Shown here piece by piece: positions 63,833-64,000 of a DNA stretch of 64,000 nucleotides (the first letter of the stretch is position 1; each line of letters starts with the position of its first letter). This DNA comes from the human T2T-CHM13v2.0 reference genome, Homo sapiens. A program made the translations under genes and the position numbers. The stretch is taken from NCBI RefSeq assembly GCF_009914755.1, contig NC_060947.1; one strand, written 5' to 3'. Under the pieces are notes generated by a model. That model did not search any database. It was not told where the DNA came from and was given only the letters and a program-made list of their open reading frames with translations.

Positions 63833-64000
63833 CAGTGGTGATTTTGCTTTTCCAAAGAACCCTTGATAATGTCTGGAGATGTTGTTCATTGTCAAAATTG
63901 GCTAGGGTATCTACTGGCATCTAGTGGGTGGAGGCCCAAGGATGACACTAACCATCCTACAGTGCACAGGACAGCCCCCCACAACAAAGTTAGTAGTGTC
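63833..64000. mobile_element. MER20 (runs to the window edge)
   Basis: AATGTCTGGAGATG..CTACTGGCATCTAGTGGGTGGAGGCC..CATCCTACAGTGCACAGGACAGCCCCC. Confidence 0.85.

Overview
Human (primate) genomic DNA, made up mostly of interspersed repeats. The one host gene I can support is the 5' end of CLCN5 (Xp11, long-isoform promoter) on the + strand. It has a CpG-island promoter (~10.3-11.4 kb), non-coding exons 1 and 2, and exon 3, which ends in ATG GCC ATG TGG CAG G|gt (MAMWQG, the N-terminus of the long ClC-5 isoform). The rest of the window (~51 kb) is the start of the large intron 3. A decayed processed CPSF1 pseudogene fragment sits at the left edge and a U6 retropseudogene lies at 33.3 kb. Most ORF-track entries are Alu/L1-derived or chance ORFs. 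I found no new protein-coding system. The most unusual structures are: (1) a tail-to-tail pair of L1PA copies around a 2.6-kb spacer that share private mutations, including two ORF2 stop codons, suggesting gene conversion or an invertible cassette; (2) a twin-primed L1HS Ta-1 insertion with a clean TSD; (3) a 20-bp perfect hairpin inside an L2; (4) a TSD-flanked, tail-less local copy of an L2 segment; (5) abutting TGA-ATG tandem uORFs in the CLCN5 5' UTR; (6) a MER85 with an intact CSB-PGBD3 palindrome. Repeat subfamily names and the boundaries of old repeats were assigned by eye and are approximate.
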